Below the pieces are notes generated by a model. The model did not search any database. It was given only the letters and a program-made list of their open reading frames with translations, and was not told the origin of the DNA. The position numbers and the translations under genes are program-made. A DNA stretch of 64,000 nucleotides, from positions 310,001 through 374,000 of the forward strand of contig CAJNYD010000035.1 in assembly GCA_905331295.1 (NCBI GenBank), read 5' to 3'. Shown one piece after another: positions 25,901 to 37,052 of this stretch (position 1 is its first letter; each line of letters starts with the position of its first letter). The stretch comes from Rotaria socialis (Eukaryota).

Positions 25901-28304
25901 ACGAATCTTTATTTCAAAAACGTTTTTCTTGTTCGAGTCCAACACAAATGATGATCAAAAACCAAAAAAAAAACGATGAGGAAATAGCTTTATAATTTCA
26001 ACTATCTCACAGAATTATTCGTCAAATTTGCATCGTTTTATGTACGTTTGAGAATTTCAGAAGAAATATTTGGAAGAAACACTGTTGAAGTAAAAACTGT
26101 GAAATCATTGAAAGGGGTTATTCCATATTATATCTATGCCATTAGTGTTTTTAAATTCAAAATAGTTAGACTGTTTAATTTAACACTTACACTACTTTGT
26201 TCAGAATTAGATTCTACATTTCATGGCATGACAATAAATTATTCATAGAGCCAACACTGTTGCGTATCCCAGATATCGAGGAAGTTGAGAAGCTTGAAGA
26301 GAAATGGGGTGTGGGCAGGTGGGAGTCAGTAGAAGACTGACCACACCCACACCCTCAAGATAGAGAAAACTTCAACATACGCTAAAGTAACGATACAGAA
26401 AAACAATAGAGGAACCACACTAATTTAACACAATACACAGCTGTAGGGTTTTCAATTTTTTTACATATATATAGGTATCTCGATAAGAAAACCTTTTAAA
26501 AGTATTATCATCCTAATGATTAGTATAACTTTCTCAATAGAAAAGAATTTTTTATATTATTTTTTAACGAATGAGAAATCGAAAACTACTAACCATTGAG
26601 AGTTTCATACATTCAATCGAAAGCAACTCACAGAAGATAAATGGACAGTTCAATAACAGCTAGCAGCTTGTCAGTTCAGAATTTCAAAAAAATTGTTTTT
26701 TTAAACCAGATCTATCGATAAAAAAAAGTGTTGAAGTACATAGGGTATAAATTTGAATTCATTTCCTCCTCTACTTTCAAATTTTGGCAAGCACCCTGGA
26801 AACTCTGCCACATATCTTGCGAGAATATATTGACAATCCATTAAAGACCACATGTCAATAACGGTTTTTGAAATATGTGAACTAATTTCTTATTAGAGTT
26901 ATGAAGAATGAATTGGAACGATGGAGAAACCATTCAACCGAAAATAGATTGAATAAGGAAATCCCTCTGTAATCAGCAACAGCAATGACAGCATGTTTCA
27001 AATTTTTATTCCATAAAGATTGTGTTAATTCAACCTTCAAAGTCATAAAAACCTATTAAAAATTAGCAAGAAACTCTAGCTTTGGTATGAAAAGAATTGA
27101 TAAAAACAGAATGAAAATGGGTCATTTCTTTTACTAATTGTTTGATTCGTTTGCAAGTCTGAGTAATACTAGAACAAAATAGAAAACATATACTCAGACG
27201 CAGATAGTTTAGCCTTTTGAATTCACACTTCTACAAATGGTGTAGTTAATATTCTACTCTGTGTAAATAAAATAAAACATGCCACTAAGAATCATAAAGT
27301 CATAGTGCTAGACTTAACTTTCATTTCATAATCTCATTTGAAATAATGGTAAGAATATTCAAAGATCATAAAATCGAGGTTATGTAGAAATCATTCTTTA
27401 TTTGCAAGTATACTGATATTATTAAGAATTGAAACGACTGAAAGATTTTTTAGACTATAAATAAATCTGTAATTTTGCAAATCGCATCATCAGTTCCGAG
27501 AGTAACGGTGAACCGTGCCAATAGATCAGAAATAATCGTATGTAATCACTCATATTTATACCGTTATATACTAAAAAGATCTTATTGCCATAGCAGAAGT
27601 CATCATCCATCAACAATCATCCTTTTAGTTTACCAAAAACTAATCAGAGTCTGGACAATAAAAAACCGGAAATTGATCAACATAATAGAAGATACTCATC
27701 AATTCATGTACAAAGAATATCTCGAACATCGAGCAATAACAGTACGACAAATCTTCTACCTAGCTATTCAAATCAGTCAAGATATTCACGTTTTGATTTG
27801 CAAAGCATGAATTCATCATCAAACAATCAAGAAATGTCATTTTGGCACCCAATAAGTAGCGAACAAACAAATCAATTGCCAAGTTATGTCGAAAAGACAA
27901 CTGCGATGCCATGCCATATGAAAAGGCGAAGTCAATCTTTGAACCACGAGAAGAATAGATTTCATACATCTGCTCGTGTGCAATGGATAAGCCGATTATC
28001 AAGTTATCGGAAGAAGATAATTATGCCGTTGAGGAATCCGTACAAAATAAGTCCAACACCAGTGCGGGAAGAAAGTTTCAGCCCATCAAGCAAAGTAACA
28101 CGATTTTCTCTTGAATAGGAGATCTCTCTCGATCTCAAATAGCAATTTACGCAAAATAACATGAAAATTAATTGATAAGATCTTTGGCCGAACCAAACAA
28201 TCAGATGTTAATATCTTATAGGATTCTACATCTGGTCTTATATGTTTGTGTAACATCCAATTCTTGAAAGATCTTACTGTATCGTAAGATTTCCGAGGCG
28301 ATGG

Positions 28305-28971
28305 TTTTTCCCTAGACTGAAAGGATAGGGTCTAGAAACCGTAATTCACCTGTGTCTGTCTGTCTGTCCGTCTGTAACAATGACACAAATGACCATTCCT
28401 GTGGCACAAAAGACCATTTCTATGGCACAAATGAACATTCAAGCAGTACAAAATGGCCATTTCTGTGGTACAAATGACCAATTTTATGACACAAATGACC
28501 AATTCTATGGCAGAAATGACCATTTTGATGGCCCCTATGGCATATATACGGCAGAAACCATAGGCGTCTGCGTGACATGGTCACGGAAAACAGTCCGCTC
28601 TGGATATGTCTTGAGTGGAGGGGTGAGCTGATCCCCCTACGGAACTTTGAGCTTACCATCACGAAATTTCCAGACTGTATTTTTTGGTTAGGTAACACTC
28701 AATCTCTCCGCCGATTTATGCGCTTTTGAGTACCATTCTGTCCGTTTTCGTCTTCCCTTTTAGTGCTTTTACTTGAAACCCTTAATTTTCGTCTAATTCT
28801 TACTTCAGTTTCACTTATTCCCGCCCCGTTGCAGATCTGTTTAAAAAGATCGCCAACAGCTACTGGCACAAACAACGGATTTTCTGTCCTGTCCATGCAT
28901 TTCTTCTCCTCAGCACTGGCAGTCTAGGGCTCAGTGAATCGACTTTCGATGTCGATGAACGTTACTTGTTT
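28305..28971 (+). mobile_element. HINE/DINE-1-like Helentron derivative carrying a (CTGT)n microsatellite and a 21-bp minisatellite
   Basis: Subterminal inverted repeat CCCTAGACTG (28310-28319) / CAGTCTAGGG (28920-28929); GTCTGTCTGTCTGTCCGTCTGT near 28354; ~7 copies of TGGCACAAATGACCATTTCTA-like units 28378-28531; hairpin ATCGAC...GTCGAT 28938-28956; ends CTTGTTT; begins in a T run. Confidence 0.75.
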
Positions 28972-29149
28972 GTACTATCCTATCTGGTTTCGTAAGATCA
29001 GTCTTGACCTGTTATGTCTAAGTAAACGAGCGAATGGTAAAAGATAACAGAGAGAAAAAAGACTAGAACACCCAAGATGAGACGTATAGGAAAGAAAAGT
29101 GTTTCATTAAATTTAGAATGTTTTTAAACGATAGATTATTACTCTACAT

Positions 29150-29457
29150 TAGGGGTGGCACTTTACGTTAATTTAATATTAAGTGTTAAGTTTTAACTTA
29201 ACACTTAATATTAAGAAAAAAACGTTTACATTAGCGACTTAATTACTTAATATTAAGTGTTAACGCAATACTTAATATTAAGAAAAAAATGTGTAGATTA
29301 CCCACTTAATTACTTAATATTAAGTATCGAGTTAACACTTAATATTAAGTAATTAAGTCGCTAATGTAAACGTTTTTTTCTTAATATTAAGTGTTAAGTA
29401 AAACCACTTAATTAACTCTCTTAATTAACTAAAATTAAAATCAACGGTCCACCTCTA
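29150..29457. mobile_element. hAT-type MITE (308 bp)
   Basis: TIR TAGGGGTGG / CCACCTCTA; 8-bp TSD CTCTACAT at 29142-29149 and 29458-29465; internal array of the palindrome CTTAATATTAAG. Confidence 0.85.
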
Positions 29458-29788
29458 CTCTACATTGTAAAAAGAAAACATAGAATAATAAACCCTTATA
29501 AGGGTTAAGGAAAATAATATAAATTCTATCCTAAACTCTTTGCAAGGGTATATAAAAGGATTTATTCATACCGACACCTCTCATACACTCTCCCAAAAGA
29601 TTTAGGATAGAATTTGTCTGGTGGATACTTATTTTTTTTGTTAAATAATACTAAAAATAATTTTACTCTTGAATGAAGAACCCTTTTCACTTATTCTAAA
29701 CGTTTTTGTATTGCTAAATATGTTTCGACTGATAAACCCTTCGGCTCAAATATCTTTTATGATGTTTGATTTAATAGCTTCTCTTTTT

Positions 29789-29841
29789 TAATAATGATAT
29801 TTCGACAAATTCATACAACGAATGTCATCTTCAGATTATCA
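29789..29841 (-). ncRNA. Minimal type I hammerhead ribozyme motif in the 3' region of the Penelope-like element
   Basis: Minus strand: TGATAAT-CTGAAGA-T-GAC(attcgttgtatgaattt)GTC-GAAA-TA-TC-ATTATTA; core CUGAnGA/GAAA, stem I TGATAAT:ATTATTA, palindromic ATAT stem III, AUC cleavage triplet. Confidence 0.8.
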
Positions 29842-29988
29842 TCGATATTTGTACAAAAAATTATTATTTTTCTTTTTCTTTTGTTTAAATTATATAATGT
29901 TGTTAATGATGTTGATTTTTCTTCAAAATTTGTTGTTCGTTCTTTTTTTTATCATTCTTAACACTTCATTATCACGACCTGATGTTTC

Positions 29989-30018
29989 TAAACCTAAACC
30001 TAAACCTAAACCTAAACC
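29989..30018 (+). repeat. (TAAACC)5 microsatellite
   Basis: Five perfect TAAACC units; produces the PKPKPKP ORF tail. Confidence 0.9.
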
Positions 30019-30830
30019 ATAAGTATCTTGTCAGTTGTTATTTAACCATAACGTTGATATTGATTATTTTTGACCCACGATCTGTTGTTGAATTTGATAC
30101 ATTGAAATTATTTGAAGAACTGATGTTATTTGTTTCACATATTCATAATCGATTTGTATGTTTTGGTTTCTGAAGAAAAAATGATGATATTCAATTGATG
30201 TTAACTTATGGTGATTTGCGCGAATGGAGAGAAATAATAGATTTAATGAAATTGGTTGCTTGAGGCGAGCTAGTGGTTGATCGTTTTTAATATTACAAAA
30301 CTATGAGTATACGTATATGATACGTTTAATTGATGTTGAGGTTAGGTGTTGAGAAGAGATAATAATGTTCGCTAGATTGTAAAATGTGTTGTTGTTTTTT
30401 TTCTCTCGAATATTTTGGAAGAGGATGAATTGATATGGTTTGATCTGTTGTTGGCTGTTGTTTATGATTTGCTTGAGCTCTGTTGGTATAATTGGAGGTA
30501 TCATTTGAGGTTTAAGTTTTGTGTAAAGTGGATACGGTGTGAATGAAGTTATTATGTAGAAGCACAGGTATGTGGATATTGCAGCTGAGTATGGTTGTGT
30601 GATGTAGTATGATAATGAAGCAGGATTTTGATAAATAATTATGGCACTGTTATCAGTGGTTTCAGTCTTTTGATGTTCATATATATTTATGTATTTGGGT
30701 ATATGTTTTTATGGTTGGTTTCATAGATATTGAGTTTTGATGGAGAAATTTTCTTTTTGGTTAGGGCGAAGGTAATTTATTTTCTATTGGTTGTGATAGG
30801 TCGGAAAGATGAACAATGACAAGTGTTCGA

Positions 30831-33800
30831 TTATTGTTTTTTCGTTATATAATTTATTTGAAGTCCATCAGGATAAATATATAGTGGTATTGATCGAACG
30901 CCTTTGTTAAGCTGTGGTTCTGTTGTTTTTATGAGAAGATATTCTTTTATTATTAATTTATATTTGTGTCTTTCTCTCAATCTGATTTGAAAGTTATGGT
31001 TATCAAACATGTGCCCGGTAGTAAGATAGTGTTTCACTATAGAAGATTTAGCTGTATTCTGTTGTGGCTGCTTTTCTTTTATTTCACAATTTTTTAATAG
31101 TGCGTCAATGTCTTCTTGGTTCATTATAATATTTGGCTTTGGAATTTACTGGTCTGTAATCTAGTAATCGGTCCTTTGCGTTCAATATTGGGTTTAAATA
31201 TGGATGGTTTTATTTTTGAGGTACGTTTTGATTTCTTAACTTTTTTCACACATAAATCGTTTTTTTGATCATTAATATGTTCATGTACACGTGTCTTAAG
31301 ATGTCTAAATGTTTTACCAATATATTTTATGCTACATTCTGGGCAAGTGGCTTCATAAACAACTCCTGATTGCATGTTTTCTGGAATTGGATCTTTCAAG
31401 GTAAAACTATCACCAACTCGTTCTTGAACATCATAGACAACTCTTATTTGTTTTAATGGATAATTCTTGGTAATAGTTGAGGTGATACGCTTTGTATAGA
31501 CTTGACTTAATGGTCCAAAATAAGGTATTCGAAGAACAACAGTATCAATAGTGAGTGCCGGTGGTGTTATAGGAGTAGTAGACTCATACATAAGATTAAG
31601 TTGACGCCTAATAATCGAATCCAGCTTCGAATTAGGGTATCCATTTCGAATTGCTAATGATCTTATTGATTTAAATTCACGATGTAGAACATTATATGAG
31701 GAACAAATCGTAATAGCTCTATACACCATCGTTGACAATGCGTTATACTTATAAATTTTTGGTACGAAGCTGCTCCATTTAGTAATAAGACCCGTGAATG
31801 TTGGTTTTCTATAAACTCGTGTTTGAAAACCTTCACCTGATTTGCGTTGTACCAGTACATCAAGAAATGGGAGTTTGTGTGTATATCGATCTTCTTCTTC
31901 ATAACTAAATTTAATACATGGATGATACTGATACAGAATATAAGAAATGCCCTTAATAGGCACTTTTGAGTCTACTAATACAAAAGTATCATCAACGTAG
32001 CGTTTCCAATAAATAATACCCATTTGATTAAAAGATGATAAATGTTTTCTCTCAAAATCTTGAAGAAAAATCTCAGCCAAAAGTGGAGTCAAAGGAGATC
32101 CCATTGGTACTCCATCTATTTGATCATATAATTCTCCATCAAAAAGAAAATGAGATTGACTTGTTGCTGAATCGAGTAAATCTTTTATATCTGATCGATT
32201 CATTGAAGGAGGTTTAATATTGCCATCACATAACTGTTTAAGAATTATGCCTATTGTCTCATCGAGTGGTACATTAGTATATAGATAGGGGTGTCACATT
32301 TAAATTTAAAAAAATTTATTAAATCGGGAAATAAATTTTCAAAAATTTAAATTTAAAATAAATTAAATTTTTTTTAAATGAAAAGTTAAATTTAAAATAA
32401 ATTTTAACTGAAAAAATTTTAATTTAATTAGATTTTAAATTTTGCATCATTTAAATTTAACTAAATTTAAATTAAATTGTTTGAAATTCAAATTAGTTGA
32501 ATTTTGAAAACTAATAGATAAAAATAGTTTTTGACTTGATTGCTACTATTTAAAGTCAAATTTGAGTGTGTTTCCTGTTTTCTAAAGTTAAAACTAGCCA
32601 TTCTTCTATGAATTGTGCTATTAAATATATTTTTATGAGTATCCCAGTCTTCTGAAGAAGAAAGATGACGGACCCTGCATAATCTGTAGAGAAATTTTGA
32701 CTATTATGAATAAATATTAACCTAAAATACTAGGTTTTCCTCTCATTTAGTATTTACTACTGTTAAAGTCACGTATTTCTCTCGTAGCAATCATGTGTAT
32801 CCATCCAAATAATTTATTAAATTTAAAATTTAAATTTAAAAAAATTATTAAATCAAGAAATAAATTTTCAAAAATTTAATTTAAATTAAATTTAAATTCT
32901 GAAAATTTAAATTTTATTCAAATTTAAATTTTTGTATCAGAAAAATTCAAATTTATTTTAAATTTAACTTGATAGAATTTAATTTAAAATTAAATTAACT
33001 TTTCACGAAGTTAAATTTAAATTAAATAAACTGTCAATTGACACCCCTATATATAGACTAGCAATATCAAAAGATACCATCTTATATTGAGACATAGGCT
33101 TAGGTAATGCCAGTAATTCTTTAACGAACGACAATGAATCACGGATCATATTCTTTTTTTTATGATGTTTGACAATATTTGTAACAGAGCTTTAGAAAGT
33201 CCATAGTTGAACGTCCCGATTGCTGAGAGCACTGGTCTAAGTGGAACATCCTTTTTATGTGTTTTTGGTAATCCGTAAAGACGTCCAGGAATAGAACCAG
33301 TAGGCTTTGCCATTACCCAAAATTGATCGGAAATGTGTCCTTCATCATGTAACCTATTCAACAACTTTGTTAATTTAGTTTCACGGGTAATTGTAAGATC
33401 ATCTGACAGACATTTAAATTTACTAGAATCATTAAGTATAACATGGATCTTTGATAAATACTCGCCTTTATTTAATAAAACAATTCCTCTGCCTTTATCG
33501 GGACGAATAACAATAATCGACTTGTCTTGTTTTAATTTTCCTAATATATTACGATATTTTTGTTGTTCAGCATTGATCCTATTTTGTATTTGTCCGAAAT
33601 GATAAGCATGAGAACGAAATGAATCAGTAATTGAACGTAGACTATTTGCCAATGTCAATTCTTTTGAAGTAATAACACGAACATCAGAATCAACAATTGT
33701 ATTTTTTTCCTTAAGTTCAGAAAACAGCTTCTTATGATGTTGAGAAATATCAGTAACTCGATGGAAAAAATTTTCAATATTACTAATAATGTTAATATCA

Positions 33801-34300
33801 TCAACCTTTCTAGGAATAAGACCGTAGTTTAAGCCATGCGCGAGACATTCAACTTCTTCATTTGATAATATACGGGAAGAGAGGTTCTTAACGACGTTAC
33901 CATCGACGGGATCAAATTTTCTATTAAGTTGTTCATGTCTACTCATCTTCTCTCTTAATTTGTTCTCCCTTTTATATAATACTGCACGTGAACGATCAAT
34001 AATATACTCCAAAACATGTTGAAATATAGTATCAGGTACACTATTTTTCAGTTCATCCAAAAACAAATAGTAATTTTTTTTCAGGATATTGAGGTATTTA
34101 TATTTTGAATTGATTTCAGCGTTCAGTAAACGTCTTTGACATTCCTTATAAGCTGACGAAAGTGAAAGCACCTTGTTCGCCGTTTTGAACCAAAGAAATT
34201 TCGGAATAACATCCTGAGATCGACAGTATTTGAGAAAATGTAGATCCATTAATAACGACTGAAAACGTTCATGAGCTCTTTTCGTATTATCATAAATCAT
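30831..34300 (-). mobile_element. Penelope-like retroelement (RT + GIY-YIG endonuclease), inactivated by frameshifts and a MITE insertion
   Basis: RPDKGRGIVLL, LYGLPKTHK-VPLRPVLS, MVSFDIASLY|TNVP, QIDGVPMGSPL, WKRYVDDTF, LPFLDV; GIY-YIG GVVYEATCPECSIKYIGKTFRHLKTRVHEH...EYLLIKTTEPQLN; frameshifts near 33155 (A run) and 31124. Confidence 0.93.
32286..33049. mobile_element. hAT-type MITE (764 bp) inserted in the RT coding region
   Basis: TIR TAGGGGTGTCA / TGACACCCCTA; 8-bp TSD TATATAGA at 32278-32285 and 33050-33057; subterminal arrays of AAATTTAAATTT. Confidence 0.92.
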
Positions 34301-34810
34301 TAAAAAATATTATGACTAAAATGATAATTTAAGTATCCACCGATATTTATATTCGATAATGCCATACTGAAAGCGGAAACGAAAACGAAAGAAATTAACC
34401 TCTCTAGCTTTAACTTATCCCAAAACTTACTTTTTCAGTAGTTTTCTGTGCGACAAAAATAATGCTATAATTGACAAAGACACATAAATGTCAAACAAAA
34501 AATCTTACTCCATAGGACATCATAAGCACAAATACTTTCTCAGTTATCAATCCGTACTGAAGCGACAATAAAATGGATAACGTCGAAACATCACTTTAAA
34601 CGTTCGAATCTAACCGACAGCAATGCGACCAACAACAGAAACACCATCTGCAACGCTACGCAAGAAGTGTTCATCATAACAATACGAACAACTCGTATAT
34701 CTATTCCCAAAATCGATAATACAATTCCTTCTAAACATTTTCAATCATATGATTTTTATTTTCTAGGTAACACACTACTCTTCAACTACAATCGAACAAC
34801 TAAAACCGAC

Positions 34811-35054
34811 CAACAACACATTTTACAATCTAGCGAACATTATTATCTCTTCTCAACACCTAACCTCAACATCAATTAAACGTATCATATACGTATACTC
34901 ATAGTTTTGTAATATTAAAAACGATCAACCACTNGAAAAAGAAAAATAATAATTTTTTGTACAAATATCGATGATAATCTGAAGATGACATTCGTTGTAT
35001 GAATTTGTCGAAATATCATTATTAAAAAAGAGAAGCTATTAAATCAAACATCAT
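34811..35054 (+). repeat. Inverted copy of the Penelope 3' region (inverted pLTR-like), in two pieces split by an N
   Basis: 34811-34933 is the reverse complement of ~30272-30394, and 34935-35054 is the reverse complement of ~29758-29879. Confidence 0.8.
34972..35024 (+). ncRNA. Second copy of the minimal hammerhead ribozyme motif
   Basis: TGATAAT CTGAAGA T GACATTCGTTGTATGAATTTGTC GAAA TA TC ATTATTA, the same motif as the minus-strand copy at 29789-29841. Confidence 0.75.
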
Positions 35055-35258
35055 ATATTTAGCGGCACTTAAAAATCTACATCTTTTATGAGTTTAGGAA
35101 AATTTTCTTTAAGTACTAGATTTAAGTATTCTCCTTTTTTTCTACAGCGTAGACTTCATAGGTTAGATGTTTCACGCACATTTTAGTCCGCAGATGTATA
35201 CTTTATACCAAGGCATGATTTCTCGATATCAACCACAGGCAAAACTGAAATTGCATCC

Positions 35259-35519
35259 ATGAACGAAGAAGTTATTGTGCAAGATAAACAGTATCCTCGG
35301 TGCACTCTTTATTGGATAACTGGAGTGAATGACGAAGAGAATCAAAGGAAGACAAGGCGAGTATTTTTCTAAATAAAATATGCTCTTATTGCAATTTATA
35401 TCGAGTATAATTTAGAAGACGCGGTGCATATATAACAGTTTGCTGCTGCTGCTGTAATATTCTGACTGTGTTATGCTGTATCCTTCTAGCAGCACTTCTA
35501 GTAGCAATTATTCTCTTGA
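35259..35519 (+). CDS. Possible first exons of a type II membrane protein with a Cys-rich juxtamembrane segment; downstream exons not found
   Basis: MNEEVIVQDKQYPRCTLYWITGVNDEENQRKT, putative GC-AG intron (GCGAGT...TTTAG), then RRGAYITVCCCCCNILTVLCCILLAALLVAIILL and a GTATGT donor. Confidence 0.4.
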
Positions 35520-36129
35520 GTATGTATTCAAGAAAAGTTAGGCACTTTAATTAATTTGAAAGTTTTCCTAATCATAATTCATTCGAATGTGTGAACTAAA
35601 TCGAATTATTTCACAAATAACAAATATATTTGATTGGATTTGTCCATGGTATATCTCAATATATGTTACTAATCATCAGTTGGCCAATCATGAAGTGTTT
35701 TTTAATATTTCGTTCGAAACTATTTATTAATTCTCTTTAATATTTTTTTGTACAGCAGACAATAGCTTAATTCCTCGTATGTTTGATATTGAAATTCGTT
35801 GGATGTGAATATTGTGCTCTAAAGTATCGGACTGCATAGATTGAAATGAGCATGTGGTACTGAATACTTATTGAATTCGTGGATGTGATGATGGTAATTT
35901 GCGCGTGTTATTTCGGTTGTATTTTGGTTTAATCTACTATTTCATAGGGAAGGTTTAGAGTAATATTCAGGTGAATATTTATTGATACGTAAGAAGATGA
36001 AATTATAGATGGACCAAGTTATAGACAATTTTTTTTACTTCATAATTAGCTGTTGCTATGTTTCAGTCATGTTGTAGATTGATCTGTTGACTGCTTGTTC
36101 CACGTGGAGTAAGCTTTCTTATTGGTGCT

Positions 36130-36750
36130 ATCAATTCATGTTTTAAATTGGGATTCAAATAAATTCCAACGATTAGAGCAGTGTCGATGACTTCTGTTTC
36201 ATGAAAAGTATGCTTCCACAATTCATGAATATGCCGATGATTATTTCTTAGTTGTTTTTCATGTCTTCGATGTTTGATTGGTAGTTAAGATTTTAGTTAT
36301 TTTCTCGTATGCTATTGCTGTTGTTGTTGTTGTTTTTGTTGTTGTCGTCAATAACTGGTGACGTCAATAACCAAAGTCATTAGAGTTGTGGAGCATAGGC
36401 AAAATAAAATACCTGGAAAAAGATTTACTGAATAATGTAGTGAGTCGCCAGCCGATGTCTTGGCGGGTACCTATAAATCACATACAAAAGATGAGAAACG
36501 TGAATGTGTACCGGAAAATTACCCATTATAGAGAAATATGAGTCTCATTTGTAGCAGTATCAACAGTGTTTCGAAAAACATGACCAGGATGATCTGATCC
36601 AAATGGCATGGCATACGGTTCAACTGCTCCGTTGGGATACAACAAAGTTGTTAAAGATCCGTTACTGTTCACGATGAATAAATAAAAAAATGGAACACTT
36701 CTACCAATTTGTCGCACTAGTTTAATATTTGGATGAAAGTTGTTAGCTTC
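36130..36750 (-). mobile_element. Degenerate fragments of a second Penelope-like element (RT C-terminal region)
   Basis: NNFHPNIKLVRQIGRSVPFF...AVEPYAMPFGSDHPGHVFRNTVDTA (36750-36550) and IHELWKHTFHETEVIDTALIVG...NPNLKHELI (~36230-36130) resemble PLE RT thumb and C-terminal motifs. Confidence 0.6.
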
Positions 36751-36980
36751 ATCTGATATTCGATCGATAGATTCGAGTGAATCGGGTGTGGGTGTGGATG
36801 TGAGTGTCGGTTGTGTGAATGTGGATTAAAAGAAAATAACAATCACATCCACCCACACCATTCTTTTATTCAATGGAAAAGGTATTCTTCTACGTATGAT
36901 TATGATTTTGAAATTTATTCTGTTTTCTTGCTATACTAGTGTTTTTATGCATGTGCGAACATATAAAAGATAAGTGGGAT

Positions 36981-37052
36981 GCCAGAGATGGTATAGTGGT
37001 TCTATGCATATGATTTAGTCAGATAGAAGAAGGTTTGATTCCTTCCCTGGTA
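36981..37052 (+). pseudogene. Degenerate tRNA-like sequence (tRNA pseudogene or SINE head)
   Basis: 72 nt; A-box-like TGGTATAGTGG, B-box-like GGTTTGATTCC within T stem GAAGG/CCTTC, acceptor GCCAGAG/CCCTGGT with a mismatch; anticodon arm broken, isotype not assignable. Confidence 0.55.

Noticed and set aside
25690..28118. Possible multi-exon gene ending in the Ser-rich ORF at 27798-28118
   Set aside because: Exon-like stretches contain stops and no recognisable domain; may be a decayed gene but I cannot support a model.
28332..28896. Overlapping ORFs with 7-aa periodicity
   Set aside because: By-product of the 21-bp minisatellite inside the HINE-like element.
29989..30018. (TAAACC)5 as a telomere remnant
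   Set aside because: Only five units inside the retroelement 3' region, and different from the TGTGGG-type repeats seen elsewhere; treated as a microsatellite.
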